Assembly (NCBI RefSeq): GCF_009914755.1
Contig: NC_060926.1
Reading direction: 5' to 3' (one strand)
DNA: 64,000 nt
Origin: the human T2T-CHM13v2.0 reference genome, Homo sapiens
The notes under the pieces: model-generated
What the model was told of the DNA's origin: nothing
Seen by the model: the letters and a program-made list of their open reading frames with translations, nothing else
The model's database searches: none
Translations under genes and position numbers: made by a program
Shown: one piece after another, positions 27,105 to 40,604 of the stretch
Layout of the letters: every line of letters begins with the position of its first letter
How positions within the stretch are numbered: position 1 is the first letter of the stretch

Positions 27105-29316
27105 TTATTCCATTTTAGGGTGCTTTGTTTGTCAGCAATAGATAGCTAAAACAAAAAGGGGTCCGAAAATAGGGCACTGCTATCACAAAGACCTAAGATG
27201 TATATACTCTTGGCTTTGGGAAGGGGCAGTGGTGGAGGCTGACACCGTGGTAAGGAGCTTGATAATGGAGGCTGGAGGTGCAGTAATGAAACTGATAGAA
27301 GGCTTAAAAGATGATGACCCATGTTTTATAGTTACGAAGGAAGTGGCAAAACTTCTGGGAAATAGAAAATGTACCAAATTAACCTATGCGTGCAGATAAG
27401 ATTTCTAGGCAGAGTATTGAAAGTGCCAATTGGCTTCTGTTAGCTCCGTATGAAAAGATATGGGAAGATAAATATGAGCTAAAGAGAGAACTATTCAGTA
27501 TGCAAGAAGAATTTCCAATTCAGACTTACTGGGTTGGAAAATCAAACTGTTTCACATTTCCAGGCTCTCTAGCTGGCAAAAGACTCTCAAAATAAGAAAT
27601 GGCCTCAGGGTAAAGAGTAAATCAAGGATATGTTCATAAGATCCTTTGTTAAGACCCTGAAAAGACCTCTGCTTAGAAGACTCCTTCAGCTAGAGAAAAA
27701 CCCTTCTAAGACTCTTAAAAGCGTTATTTCACTGCAGCTGTACATATGGCCTATGGTTCTCCAAAAAAGAATCATGGGTGTGGTTTTTGGGACATGGAGT
27801 GAATCACAATCAGATTTATAAAATGCCCACAAACTTTTTAAAGGAGTTGTGTAAGTTTGGAATAAAAGAGGTAAAAATCACTCAAAAAATAAAGATGCTC
27901 TCGAGCTCTCAACTTTCTGCAGGAAACAAGGAGGCTCTTCAGGTGAAAATATGACCTATTTTATATAGGAAGAAATACATGTTTCAGAGGTAAGAATCCC
28001 AGAGGATTTCTTTAAGAAACATGGGAAACCATTAACCACAGAACTACTTCCAAGGGACAGAATTGAGCCTAATAAAGAAAAATTTTCTGTGCCCAGACAC
28101 AGGTTCCTTACAATATGTGATCAGCTGGATTTCAGAAATGCTATGGACCAGTGACCTCTATGTTCTTCTTGTTCCTCCTCCTTTTTAATAGGGATGTCTA
28201 TTGCACATGTCCTGCCCTTGTCTCATCATCATGTATAGATGTGTAGAAGGCAGATAGCATGTTTTTTCAATTCATGCATCTCTGAATCAAAGAGAGAAGC
28301 ATCTACAGAGCCTAACCCACACCTGGGGCTAATGTAGATAATAAGATCAGTGGACTTTAAGCTCAATGTTGTGGTTTGATGAGTTTTTAGGGGTCATGAG
28401 TATGTTTTCCATATGAAGGAACATGTACCGTTGGGGCCAGAGGCTAGATTATTGCAGATTGTTACACTAAAGATGCCAGGTGAATCGCATCTCCCAGTAC
28501 CCATGCACATGTATAATCATCTCTCAAACTGATGCCGGGTTTGGCCATGGATGTTGTTCTGGCCAATGAGGCATCAGCAAATGTGATACAAGTAAATGAT
28601 TAAAAAACTGGTATTGTGCTTGGGGTCTTGCCTTTCTGGAGCACTGGTGACTGCATGTGAAAGAGGCCCAGCCCAGACAAGTCCCCTCAGGGATGAAGCA
28701 TCACAAGCAGAGAAAGACTCAGCCATCTCACCCTCCTAGTTGAGCTCAGTTCAGCTGGGTGTGTCATGTTAGATAGCACATGTGAATCCATCCAGAAAAC
28801 TGACAACCAACCCAGAGAATTATAAGAGGTAATAAATCATTGTTTTAACAATGGACTGGATAAAGAAAATGTGGTACATATACACCATGGAATGCTGTGC
28901 AGCCATAAAAAAGAACAAGATCATGTCCTTTGCAGGGACATGAATGGATATGGAGGCTTTAGCAAACTAACAGAGGAACAGAAATCCAAATACCATATTT
29001 TCTCACTTATAAGTGGAAGCTAAGTGATGAAAACATACAGGTAGATAGAGGGGAACAACACACTGAGGCCTTTTGGAGGGTGGAGGGTGGAAGATGAAGG
29101 GTGGGAGGAGGTAGAGGATCAGGAAAAATAACTAAAGAGTACTAGGTTTAATACTTGGATAATGAAATAATCTACTCAACAAATCCCCATGACACAAGTT
29201 TCCCTATGTAAAACCTGTACTTGTACCCCTGAACTGAAAATAAAATTTAAAAAAATCATTGTTTTACACACTAAGATCTGAGATGATTTGCTACTTAGCA
29301 AGAAGTAATAGAAACA
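27105..29316 (+). mobile_element. MLT1 (H-like) MaLR: end of 5' LTR, internal region (~27154-28450) and 3' LTR (~28450-29316) split by L1PA
   Basis: LTR end gcaatagatagctaaaaca, MaLR-internal motifs, purine tract ggggccagagg before the 3' LTR, LTR ending gtaatagaaaca. Confidence 0.7.
28848..29252 (+). mobile_element. 5'-truncated L1PA (PA12-PA15-like) 3' end
   Basis: ggataaagaaaatgtggtacatatacaccatggaa...gtacccctgaactgaaaataaaa; 14-bp TSD aaatcattgtttta at 28834-28847 and 29253-29266. Confidence 0.92.
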
Positions 29317-29319
29317 AGA

Positions 29320-29960
29320 GTTTTTCAACAGCAACAGAAGAATCTAGAAAAAAAGAGCAGCATCTTTAACATTATAATAGGAAAAATTATTTTTCACCTG
29401 CAACGTTATTTGCACTCAAACCATCAATTAAGTGAAAGAATATAATGATGCCTTCAGATAAACAAGTTCTCAAAATTTTTCTTCCCATGAAATCTTTGAT
29501 GGAACATGGACTACAATAAATAAGGAACTAAACCAAGAAAGAGGAAAGGATGGATTACAGTGAAGAAAATCAAAATGTTTCACCCCAAAATAGGCTTCTG
29601 TGACATATTTTGAGATGGGTGTTGAAAGAGCCGGCAACCAGAATCAGCCCCAAAAATCTGTCTTTCGGGAGGAAACTTGCATCTGTGGAGAATCTGCATC
29701 AGTGCAGTCAGGTCTGACCCAAAAAACAGAAATTCTGAAAGGGGTGGAGGACAAAATCTTTAACTTTATCAAATAATTTACAGCACATCCAGGCTAAGGA
29801 GAACACACTGCAGGGCACAGAAGCTTCAGTCCTAGTTCATGAAATTACAGAGCTGGAGGATTCCGATGAGCAACAAGGGAGGTAGATTCTGAGCATGGGC
29901 TGAGGATGTTCCTGCACACAGCCTGTAGCAGGATGCCTGAAATTATAGATTGAACAGAAT
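29320..29960 (+). mobile_element. HAL1/L1M ORF1-like debris interrupted by an LTR fragment
   Basis: caaaccatcaattaagtgaaag, aaaccaagaaagaggaaagga. Confidence 0.4.
29561..29720 (+). mobile_element. MER39-like ERV1 LTR 5' fragment
   Basis: tgaagaaaatcaaaatgtttcaccccaaaata...gacatattttgagatgg...ttgcatctgtggagaatctgcat. Confidence 0.65.
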
Positions 29961-30869
29961 TTATGTAAGTAAAACAAATTCTATACCATGAGATTTTGAA
30001 GAAAGGGATAATTAAAATTTAACTGCTGGAGAAGGAAGACAAGTAGTCTTGAAACCATGGAGCGCGGGGGAAGTAAAGAGAAAAAAAGACCAAGAATGCT
30101 AGAAAAAGAGAACAATAAAGAATTATCCACGAGGCCAGAGTCCAGGTGAAGGGCCCATGGAGGACAGCAACAGCTGCCACTCAGAGCTCTCTCTCTGTTT
30201 TCAGTCTCTATTACAAAATGAGATCATTTCGATTAAATAAGTGTATGTGACATAATCATGTGCTACCACCCCTTCATTTTCTAAATTGCCGTCCCCAGGA
30301 CAGAGGTCAGAGAACAGAAAGAACATCTGCTACCAAATAAATCAGAGAAACTCTGGTTCATTGCTCCTGCATCTGTGAAAATTTGCACTGGTTTCTGCTA
30401 TCTCATCTTGGGAAGAACAGTTTACCTGGTTCCCTGGAAATGTTGGCCAACCTCTCAGGTGTTTTCAGGTTGTGTGTTTGTTTATTTCCATATTAAACCA
30501 GTATTGTTTCTGCCTTCATGGAAATATTACTTGAAAGAGTGAACATAGTTAAAAAATGAGCAAGTGGGGAACACATCTGATAGTGAGAGATGGCATGTGG
30601 AGAGCTGCTGTAGAGATGACAACAAGCTTTAGATATTTTAGAGTTTGTGGTCCAGGAAGGCTGCTCTGTGCAGAAGACTGAAGCTGTGAACTGAATGTCA
30701 AGAAGGAGCCAGCCAATGATCATCACTGGGCGAGAACACCTTTAGGAGGAATACATTTGCTTTACTAAAATCACGCTCAGTATGGTCAGAGTGATAAAAG
30801 ATGAAGTTCAAGAACTATCCCAGGAGGAGGATGTACATTTCAGGATAATGGAGATGTGAAGACCATCAA

Positions 30870-31240
30870 GTCTTTACTGGATGTATCCATGTGGTGTGTA
30901 GAAGTCATTTCAAAAGTCATACGTCCTTCAAATATGTTCATCCTCATATTGTTCTTGTCAAAATAAATGGCCACTCAGTTGCTCAAGTCAATATTCTGAA
31001 TCCTTAATTACTTCCTTTGCTTCACTCCCAAGCCCAACTTATTAGCAAAATTAATCAATTCTTCTGTGAAAGCATGTGTCATAGCTAATGACATCTTTGT
31101 CTCCACATTCTTCCTAAGGTTCATTGTTTTCTCTTGCCTCCCTACAACTTATTCTTCAAACAGCAATGAAAATTATATTATCAAAACCAGATAATGTCAT
31201 TTATTTTCTCACTGGTATCTATTGCTGTCCCATTAATATT
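30870..31240 (+). mobile_element. L2 fragment
   Basis: actggatgtatcc, ccactcagttgctcaagtca, aaaaccagataatgtca. Confidence 0.5.
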
Positions 31241-31324
31241 CTGTAAAACAGGAGGTCATTGGATACATTTGAATAAGCTAGATAGCAGGGAAAGTAAATC
31301 AATTCCTTGAGATCACATGATTTT

Positions 31325-32110
31325 GCTCATTAATTAATTCAATAATATTTATTCACTGTCCATTATTTCTAAGTATACAGTGGTAGGCAAAAAATAAATA
31401 ATTATTTTTGTGGTTCTGTCCTCAGGGATCTTCAACACCAGTGGGAAAGAGACATTTCTTATAGTATCAGACAAATAAATATGTAGCTACAACTTGTGAT
31501 AAGTGCAACAAAGAAAAAGAACAGAGTACTATAAGAAAAAATATGACAGAGATCATTTGGATTTCAGGGAGATTCTTTTTAAGAAAGTGACACTTGGGCT
31601 GGAACCTAAAAGATGAACAGTAGTTAGGCAAAAAATTTCAGGCCTTAGATAAGAAGAGTTTGGTGTGTTTGAAGAAATACACACATATTGGTATCGTTGG
31701 AATATAATGACCCAAAAGCAAAGGAGTTTGAGTAGAAGATGGGAAGATAGATGGTAGCTAGATCATGTATGGTCTTGTAACCCTACATGCTTTTGCGTTT
31801 CAATAGGGAAGTGGATTGTGAATTTACTCAGGAGCTATAAGTAGATTTTTAAAAAATTTCCAAAGATGACCTTAAATTATGGGTAGAAAAATGGGCGAAT
31901 GGGAGAATTTGGTATTAGAAACAAGGAGACTTTAGAGGATGTCCTTGCAAATGTTTAAGAAAGTGATGATGGATTTGAATGGAAGCTTTGGGAATGGGGA
32001 GACAGGCAGATTTGAGACACACTTTGGGGGTAAACACAATAAGGTTTGGCGATGAGTTACTTATGGAGATAAGAAGCAGGTGACAATTTAGTTCTAGAGC
32101 TCGGGAATAG
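31325..32110 (-). mobile_element. L2 fragment
   Basis: ttcaataatatttatt tail (reverse complement), aagaaagtgacacttgggctggaacctaaaagatgaacag, gatttgagacacactttggggg. Confidence 0.7.
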
Positions 32111-32799
32111 GCTGAAGATTCTGGACTGCAATTCTTTTCCCCTATGCTTGCTGGCTGTCATAAAGCAATAGAAGACCCTTTTCCTTCATCCTTGATTGTT
32201 GGGCTGTCCTGTGTGTAATATCAATCTCTAATAAAAGGATAATTAAAGACATACATATGGACTTTTGCTAGGCTATTAGCTAAATACTCTATGACCAGTT
32301 AGTAACAGAACCTGAACACCATCTTCCACATTAAAAGCAAAACAAGGTTTTGAAATCAATGTTCATGTAATGCAATTTTTTTTAGACTTTCATTGAAATA
32401 TATGAGAAAGGAAACAAATAGTAAGAACCACATTGGATAGTCATTTCTACCCAGGACTCAGATTCTTAAATGACTCAGAGCTCTGAAATGACTATCCGTG
32501 AGACCTTCCACTTGCCAATTTTCAAATTAATTCCAAATTTAAAAAGGATCACAGTATTTATGCTGGGGTTTACCACAAATAGCAATCAATTAAAGTAGGT
32601 CTCCAAAACACTGCAGTTTAAGGAAGAAGTTTTCCAATACTCTCAACTCCTCTGTTGCTTCTTCTATTAATCATGAGGCTTCTGGCATGGCAAGGATGTT
32701 TGATTAGTAGGTTCACAGCTCTAAATACAAAAACATATGTTCCTATAAATTTCAGAATCAGCACGTCGAGTTAACAGAGACACACTTAGGTGCACACAA

Positions 32800-34030
32800 G
32801 CACACACAAATTCAGTTGTGCTATCCATGAACATGGTATATCTATTTATTAATAAGATCTACTTTAATATCTGTTAACAAAATTGTGTACTTTTTCCTAG
32901 TTATCTTATATTTGTAAATATTGCAAATAATGTTGGTTAAATCTCATTTTCTCACTGTTTGTTGCTGGTATGTAGAAAAAAAGTTGATTTTTATACATTA
33001 ATATTGTTTTCAGCAAATGAGCTAAATCTGATTAATTCTAATAATTTTCTGTAAATTGTTTACTGTATGTAAATGCATAGCATTTGAAAATGATGAGTTT
33101 CTTCCTTTTACAATTTTATAAGTCTATTTCTATGATGGGTAGTATCTTCAGTTTAATAAAATGATAGTGGTCAATCATATTAAAAATCTCAAAGAGAAAA
33201 CTTTGATATTTCCCAACTATGTACTTTTACTATAGATTTTATGATGTTGCTAATTTTTAATTTATGTGAAATATTATAAGGTATAACTTTCTGCACTTAT
33301 TAATATAATCATTAATTTAAGTGTGGTAAATTACATTCAGCCCTTCTTCTTTTCCCCCACCTGAGCTAAAGGACATAAATTTCACTTCAATATTCTTTTT
33401 ATTACAGAAGTTTTGGTACATAGTGTTTTTACCATTATTCAGTTCAAAGTATTTTGCAGCTTTTACTAAGATTTCTCCCTTGACATACTCAAAACCTAGG
33501 AGTATAATTTTTATTTTCCAAACATATAGTAATTTTCTAGTCATATATTTTATTATTGATTTTCACCAAAATCACCTGGTTATCAGAGAACATAATCCAT
33601 ATGGCTTTAGTTATTTGACCTCATCTGTTTTCCATTCTATTTTCCAAATGTGCAAATGTACTTAAAATGCATTACACATCTAGTAAGTGTAAAAGTCTAT
33701 GTATTTAAGAGCAATTTGTTATTCTAATTATTCAAATCTACTATATAATCATTGTATTTGTTTTGCCTACTTTATCTATAAATCTGAAAACATTGGAAGT
33801 TTAAAATTACCCAAGAGTTTGTCAGTTTACTTCTTCTTGTAAATGTATTAAATGTTGTTTTCGGGTGATCTGACACCATGTTATTAGAAACATATACTTG
33901 TAGAATTTTTCATTTCATCATTGTAACTCATTCTTCTATTCTTATGAACTCACTTGTATTTGACAATGCTTCTTGACTTAGAGTTTATATGATCCGATGT
34001 TCAAAAGGATATTTTTATTTCTTTTAATTT
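32800..34030 (-). mobile_element. Ancient L1M ORF2 debris
   Basis: ccatgaacatggtatatct, gttgctggtatgtagaaa..gttgatttttatacattaat; antisense KYFELNNGKNTMYQN. Confidence 0.65.
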
Positions 34031-34047
34031 CAACAGATAATATATTT

Positions 34048-34602
34048 TATCAGTCAGACTTCTAAGATTGCCTCCAATTTCCTGGAATTCACAATCTTTT
34101 GCAATCTCCAACCCTTGAGTTTGGACCAGTTATTCACTGCTAGATATAAAATACAGCAAAAATAATGGGATATCACTTGTAATATTAGGTTATAAAAGAA
34201 TGTGACTTTTGCCTTGCTTAATCTCCCTCTCTGGCTTTTCTCACATGTTCACTTTGATGAAACAAGCTGTTATGTTGCCAGTTTCCCTATGCAGAGGCAA
34301 GAAACTGTGAGTAGCTATTCAGAAATAGGCCACGAGTTCAACATCAGTGAAGGAGATGAAAACCACCAATAACCACGTGAGTAAGCTTGGAATCGGATCC
34401 TTCCTCAATCACATCTTCAGATGAGATGGACTCCAGCACAGCCAATATCTTAACTGCAGCCTTGTGAGAGACCCTGGAACAAAGGATCCAGCTAGATCAT
34501 GCCTGGATCCCTAGTCCACAGAAATCGTTAGATAATAAGCGTGTGTTGCTTTAAGTCACTAAGATTTCGGAGAATTTTTACAAAGCAATAAAGGACTAAT
34601 AT
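34048..34602 (+). mobile_element. MLT1E/F solo LTR
   Basis: ccaataaccacgtgagtaagcttggaa, ctgcagccttgtgagagaccctg, gttgctttaagtcactaag, gcaataaaggactaatata. Confidence 0.8.
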
Positions 34603-36770
34603 ACTTGTATATAAGCTGTACCTGTTTCCCCTTTTTTTCCCTTTTGAGACCATCTTTGTTTTTTTATTGAAGAATTTATTACCTGTTGCTTTAATGTAAC
34701 TACTTTTATATTTGAGTTAAATTAACCATTTTATTTTGCCTTGTTTAGCTTGATGGAGAATTTTTACCATTCCAATTTTTGCCTCTTTAACAACTTGGAC
34801 ATTTGGAAATTTTGTGAAGCTCCCTTGACTTATCAAAGCTTAATGCTAATAAGTTCCTTTGCTCCCTTTTAGAAAAAGACCCTTGTATATAACAGGCATA
34901 CCTACTTTAGAGTTTGTGTATGTTTCCCATATCTGAGCCATTGTATTACTGTTGTCCATTGTTTTCTCTGACTCTCATGCATAAATAAACCTTTATTTAT
35001 TTTCTGGCTCTTTATTTTTGTGAGCTGATCCTAATATTTAAAATTATTCCTAGAAATAATTTCAGGTAATAAAAATGTAATATTTCTTAACAAAATATTT
35101 TCTTTTTTATAGCTACAGGAGAAACATTCTACTATCACTTTAATTTCAAATCCAGGAGATATTCTGGAAATCCAGGACATGCAAAACTAATGGAACCCAT
35201 ATAATAATGGAATAACTTCAAATTATGTTTAATTTGTGGTTGTAGCCATTTTGAATACCAGCTTACTGTGTGGGTGGGCATCAGACAGACACTGGACTTT
35301 TTTATTTTTCCATCCTATAATCTACATTTTGTTGCTGTTTTTTCTTCATTAGCAAATGTCTTCAAGAAAAAGAAGCACATTTTAATGGAATTTATCTGTA
35401 CAAAGTATCATCTTCTGTTAGATTTTAGCCCAGCTATTTCTTTTTGTTAGCTTTAAAAATTTTTTATTAAAATTTTCAAATGTACATAACAGTAGAACAT
35501 ACAATAAAACCCCTCACATACTCATAACTCAGCTTCAACAGCCATCAACACTTTGCTACACTTGTTTCCACTATCCTCTTCCCCTCTTTTTTTTGTTTTT
35601 TTAATTTTAAGAGTCACAATTTATATAAAAACAATTTACATTAAAGTTACTTTTAGATGTACGAAGAGGTTTTGAAATAAATCAAAGTAGTAACAATAGA
35701 GCATTTAACTATTTTGTTGATTGAAAGTAAATGCAAGAAATTCTATTACTTAGGATACAAAATGATACATTTATTCTACTTTGGATGTTTACCTTTAAAA
35801 TATATATTTAATCTAATTTCATTTGATATAAGTATTCTGTAATCACTAATAGGGAATGTCTAACATACTAACTCAATATTTACCAAATACTAATTTCCTT
35901 GATATGTTTCATAACTTCCCTTGACACTAAATAAGATTCTTTTTAAAGATATATTCCTATTTCCAGGTTTTGTATTTTCTCAGTAATAGGTCTAATATTT
36001 TGTTCCTATAAATTTACTAATATGTTTTGTTGGCACACCTCAGCAATGAAGTGAGTATCCTCATAAATAAAGCTTAGATTTTAGACTATAAAATTTAACT
36101 AATATTACATAACAGGATTTGACACAAACTTTGGTTTGGTCTAAGTTATGGCAGTTGTTGTTTTGTTTAAAAAGCCTTCATGAGGTACAATACACATATC
36201 ATATAAATCACACATTTAAAATATACAATTCAGTGGTTTCAACGTATTTAAATATATGTGCATCCATCTCCCTACAGTTATTTTTAAACCATTTCATCAC
36301 TTCACAAAGAAACCCCATATAATACCTTTTTTTGCTATTGCTGTCCTCTGTGAGAGAGTTTGTTTTATCCTGCCTGACATTTCTAGAACTGAAAGTCTCT
36401 AAATCAATAATTTTTATAAAAAATGTTCCATAAAGAGCTTTCATTAGATGTATTTTTATGTACCTTATAGTTTTGTCACTATTATAAGTACTGTATTTTT
36501 TACATCTAATTATTTGTCTTTGCTGGCATAAAAACTCCCTTTTTATATATTACTCATATATATAGCAACTTTCCTAAACTGTAACTAATTCTTACAGAAT
36601 GTTTATAGATTTTTGTGAATTTTGTCTGCAGACAACTTTATTATTTGCAAACAAGAATTTTGTTACTATTTTACTGATTCTTATATTTCTTATTTCTTTT
36701 TGTTGTTGTTAATGTAATGCATTTTCTAGTACTTGAAGAAAATGTTGAAGAATAAGGAAGTGTTGATGAT

Positions 36771-39066
36771 TGTATTAGTTCATTTTCACACTGCTGATAA
36801 TGACATACCCAAGACTGGGCAATTTACAAAAGAAAGAGGTTTAATCGGACATACAGTTGCACATGGCTGGGGAAGCCTCACAATCATGGAGGAAGGCGAG
36901 GAGGAACAAGTCACATCTTACATGGATGGGAGCAGGAAAAGGGAGAGAGCTTGTGCAGGGAAACTCCTGTTTTTAAAACTATCAGATCTCATGAGACTTA
37001 CTCACTATAACCAGAACAGCATGGGAAAGACTTGCCTCCATGATTCAATTACCTCCCATCAGGTTCCTCCCACAATATGTGGAAATTCAAGAGGAGATTT
37101 GGGTGGGGACAGAGCCAAACCATATCATTCTGCCCTGGCCCCTCCAAAATTTCATGCCCTCACATTTCAAAACCAATCATGCCTTCCCAAGAATCCCCCA
37201 AAGTATTAACTCATTTCAGCATTAACTCAAAAGTCCAGAGTCCAAAGTCTCATTTGAGACAAGGCAACTCCCTTCCACCTATAAGCCTGTAAAAGCAAAA
37301 GCAAGTTAGTTACGTCCTAGATACAATGGGGGTAGAGGCATTGGGTAAATATGGCTGCTTTAAATGGGTGAAATTGGCCAGAACAAAGAGTCTACAGGCC
37401 CCATGCAAGTCTGAAATCCAGCAGGGAAGTCAAATCTTAAAGCTCCAAATGAGCTTTTTTGACGCCATGTCTCACATGCAGGTCATGTTGATGCAAGAGG
37501 TGGATTCCCATGGTCTTGGACAGCTCTTCCCCCGTGGCTTTGCAGGGTACAGCCTCCCTCCCAGCTGCTCTAATGGGCTGGCATTGAGTGTCTGCGGTTT
37601 TTCCGGGCCCATGGTGCAAGCTGTCAGTGAATCTACCATTCTGGGGTCTGGAGGATGGTGGCCCTCTTCTCACAGCTCCACTAGGCAGTGCTCCAGTAGA
37701 TACTCTGTGTGGGGCCTCTGACCCCACATTTCCCTTCTGCACTGCCTTAGCAGAGGTTCTTCATGAGGGCTTCACCCCTGCAGCAAACTTCTGCCTGGGC
37801 ATCCATATATTTCCATACATCCTCTGAAATCCAGGCAGAGGTTCAAAAACTTCAGTTCTTGACTTTTGTGTACCCACAGGCTCAACACCACATGGAAGCT
37901 GCCAAGGCTTTGGGTTTCCACCCTCTGACGCCACATCCCAAGCTGTAGCTTGACCCCTTTTAGCCATGGCTGGAGTGGCTCAAATGCATCGCACCAAGTC
38001 CCTAAGCTATAAACAGCATGTGGGCCCTTGACCTGGCCCAAGAAACCATTTGTTCTTCCTAGGTCTCCAGACCTGTAATAGGAGGGGCTGCCATGAAGAC
38101 TTCTGACATGCCCTGGAGACGTTTTCCCCATTGTCCTGGGAATTAACATTTGGCTCCTTGTTACTTATGCAAATTTCTGCAGTTGGCTTAAATTTCTCCT
38201 CAGAAAATGGGACTTTCTTTTCTATTGCATTGTTGAGCTGCAAATTTTCCAAACTTTCATGCTCTGCCTCCTTTATCAAACAGAACACCTTTAACAGCAC
38301 TCAAGTCACCTCCTGAATGCTTTCTTGCTTAGGAACTTCTTCCACCAGATACCCTAAGTCATCTCTTTCAAGTTCAAAGTTCCACAAATCTCTAGGGCAG
38401 GGGCAAAATGTCACCAGTGTCTTTGCTAACACATAACAAGAGTCACCTTTGCTCCAGTACCCAACAAGTTCCTTATCTCCATCTGAGACCTCCTCAGTCT
38501 GTATTTCTTTCATTGTCCATATCATTATCACCATTTTTGTCAAAGCCAATCAACAAGTCTCTAGGGAGTTCCAAACTTTCCCACATTTTTCTGTCTTCTT
38601 CTGAGTCCTCCAAACTGTTCCAACCTCTGCCTGTTGCCCAGTTCCAAAGTTGCTTCCACATTTTTGGGTTATCTTTTCAGCAGTGCCCCACTCTACTGGT
38701 ACCAATTTACTGTATTATCCATCTTCACACTGCTGATAAAGGCATACCCAAGACTGGGAAATTTACAAAAGAAAGAGGTTTAATGGGACTTACAGTTCCA
38801 AGTGGCTGGGGAAGCCTCATAATCATGAAAGAAGGCAAGGAGGAACAAGTCACATCTTACATGGATGGCAGCAGGAAAAGAGAGGGAGCTTGTGCAGGGA
38901 AACTCTTGTTTTTAAAACCATCAGATTTCATGAGACTTATCCACTATCACAAGAACAGCACGGGAAAGACCTGCCCCCATAATTCAATTACCTCCCATGA
39001 GGTTCCTCCCACAACACGTGGGAATTCAAGGTGAGATTTGGGTGGGGACACAGCCAAACCATATCA
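36771..39066 (-). mobile_element. Full-length THE1 (THE1A-like) MaLR: 3' LTR 36771-37127, internal 37128-38710, 5' LTR 38711-39066
   Basis: Two ~356-bp LTRs (tgtatt...ccatatca), ~1.58-kb internal region, 5-bp TSD atgat/acgat. Confidence 0.95.
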
Positions 39067-39640
39067 ACGATAATGAAAAATCTCATCTTTTTCTAAGGTA
39101 AGTGCAATGTATTTTATAATTCACCATTAAGCATGATGTAGATTTTTGATAGATGCCTTTTCTGGTAAAGACACTTACATTTTATTTCTAATTTCTTAAG
39201 AATTTAAAAAATTAATACAGCTTACTGATTTTCTTCAATTTTCCACATCTATTAAAATGATTATTTTATTTAAATCATTCATGTGTCAAATCATGCTAAT
39301 GGATATTTTGATATTGAGCCAGCAATGCATTACTTGGATATTCCCTATTTGATCACTTTTATACATTATCAGATTGAGCATCATAAAATTTTATTTAGAA
39401 TTTTTGTACCACTTTTCATAGATGAAATTAGCTACTTTCTTTTCTCACAAAAACGATAAAAAACTAACATAATCCAATCACAGGCAGGGTTAGGAAGTTT
39501 ATTCTCCCATATTTCTTGTCAACTTAAAAGTACTGACTGAAAGCAGGCTCTGTTAAAAAAATAATAGCATGCAAGAGTCTAAACACCAGGCCAGTCATCA
39601 TTATGAAACATTATGTATCACCATGGCTTCAAAGGTAAGG

Positions 39641-39723
39641 TAAAACAAGAGCCCTTTCAAACTAGCAGCACCTCCCTTAGAAAAAAACTGAGGTGTTGCT
39701 AGTTTGAAAAGACTCTTGTTTTA
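39641..39723. repeat. 34-bp inverted repeat (31/34 Watson-Crick pairs) with a 15-nt loop
   Basis: taaaacaagagccctttcaaactagcagcacctc / gaggtgttgctagtttgaaaagactcttgtttta. Confidence 0.93.
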
Positions 39724-40604
39724 ACTTCCCTTTATGTAATAATTATTAAATTTTATATATGTAATAGTTCAAACATTTTATATATGCAATAATTATTACT
39801 TTACATATATGAATTAAATATGAATATATATGAAATGATATATATAGGGCTTGTATTACACATATAATTTAGCCTGAAAATATTGACACATTTATAATGA
39901 GAAAAATCTTCTGTTTCAAAAATACAGTATGAATTTCTGTTTGTCATAGTCTTGTATTTTTCTGTCTCTGGAGCATTTTCAAATTTTCTTATTATAAGTC
40001 ACATATATCTTAAGTTTTTTCCTAAATATTGTTTTGTTACTGTTTTTGTTAATGTTTTATTCTTCCCCATATATATTTTTTCATATATGGAAGCTATATA
40101 TGTTATCTTTTTAATTTTATATGCCCCTTTTTATGAACTGAATTTCCTTACTGTTTGTATTTCTTATATAAGAATATAATCATACCAGCCACAAAAGTTC
40201 AGTATTACTGCCTGCTTTTTAGTTAGTATGTCTTTAGTTTGTTTCTCTTATCTAGTTGCATTCACCAGAATGTCAGAAATGATGATGGGGAGATCCTAAG
40301 CAAGCTGCTGTGGATGCAAAATAAATCAGACACTAGGTCCCTGTCCTCACAGGGTTAAATGCAAGATTTGAGCTGAAAGAGAAGGAAGCTGACTGGGTGT
40401 TAACACACTCTTTCTCTGTGCTACTCTTTTTGACAGCAACTATCAGTACTCTGTCATTTATTTCATAATTACTTGAGTTTTGGCCTCTTTCTCCCATAAA
40501 AATATAACTCTATTGTGGAAACAATTCTGTCTTTGAGATCATCACTTTAACTGCAGGGCCTAGAATGTGTAGGCATCCACTACATATTTGGTGACAAATG
40601 AAAG

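Noticed and set aside
36860-36880. PRDM9 hotspot motif in the THE1 LTRs
   Set aside because: Both LTRs read CTTCCCCAGCCA on the - strand, not the CCTCCCT core of the CCNCCNTNNCCNC motif.
38408-39034. Longest ORF (208 aa) and the related 158-aa ORF at 36733-37209
   Set aside because: Both run antisense through the THE1 LTR/internal sequence; their similarity simply reflects the two LTRs.
39664-39685. miR-15/16/195 family member suggested by TAGCAGCAC
   Set aside because: The following bases do not match any family mature sequence and the motif sits next to the loop rather than at a 5p start.
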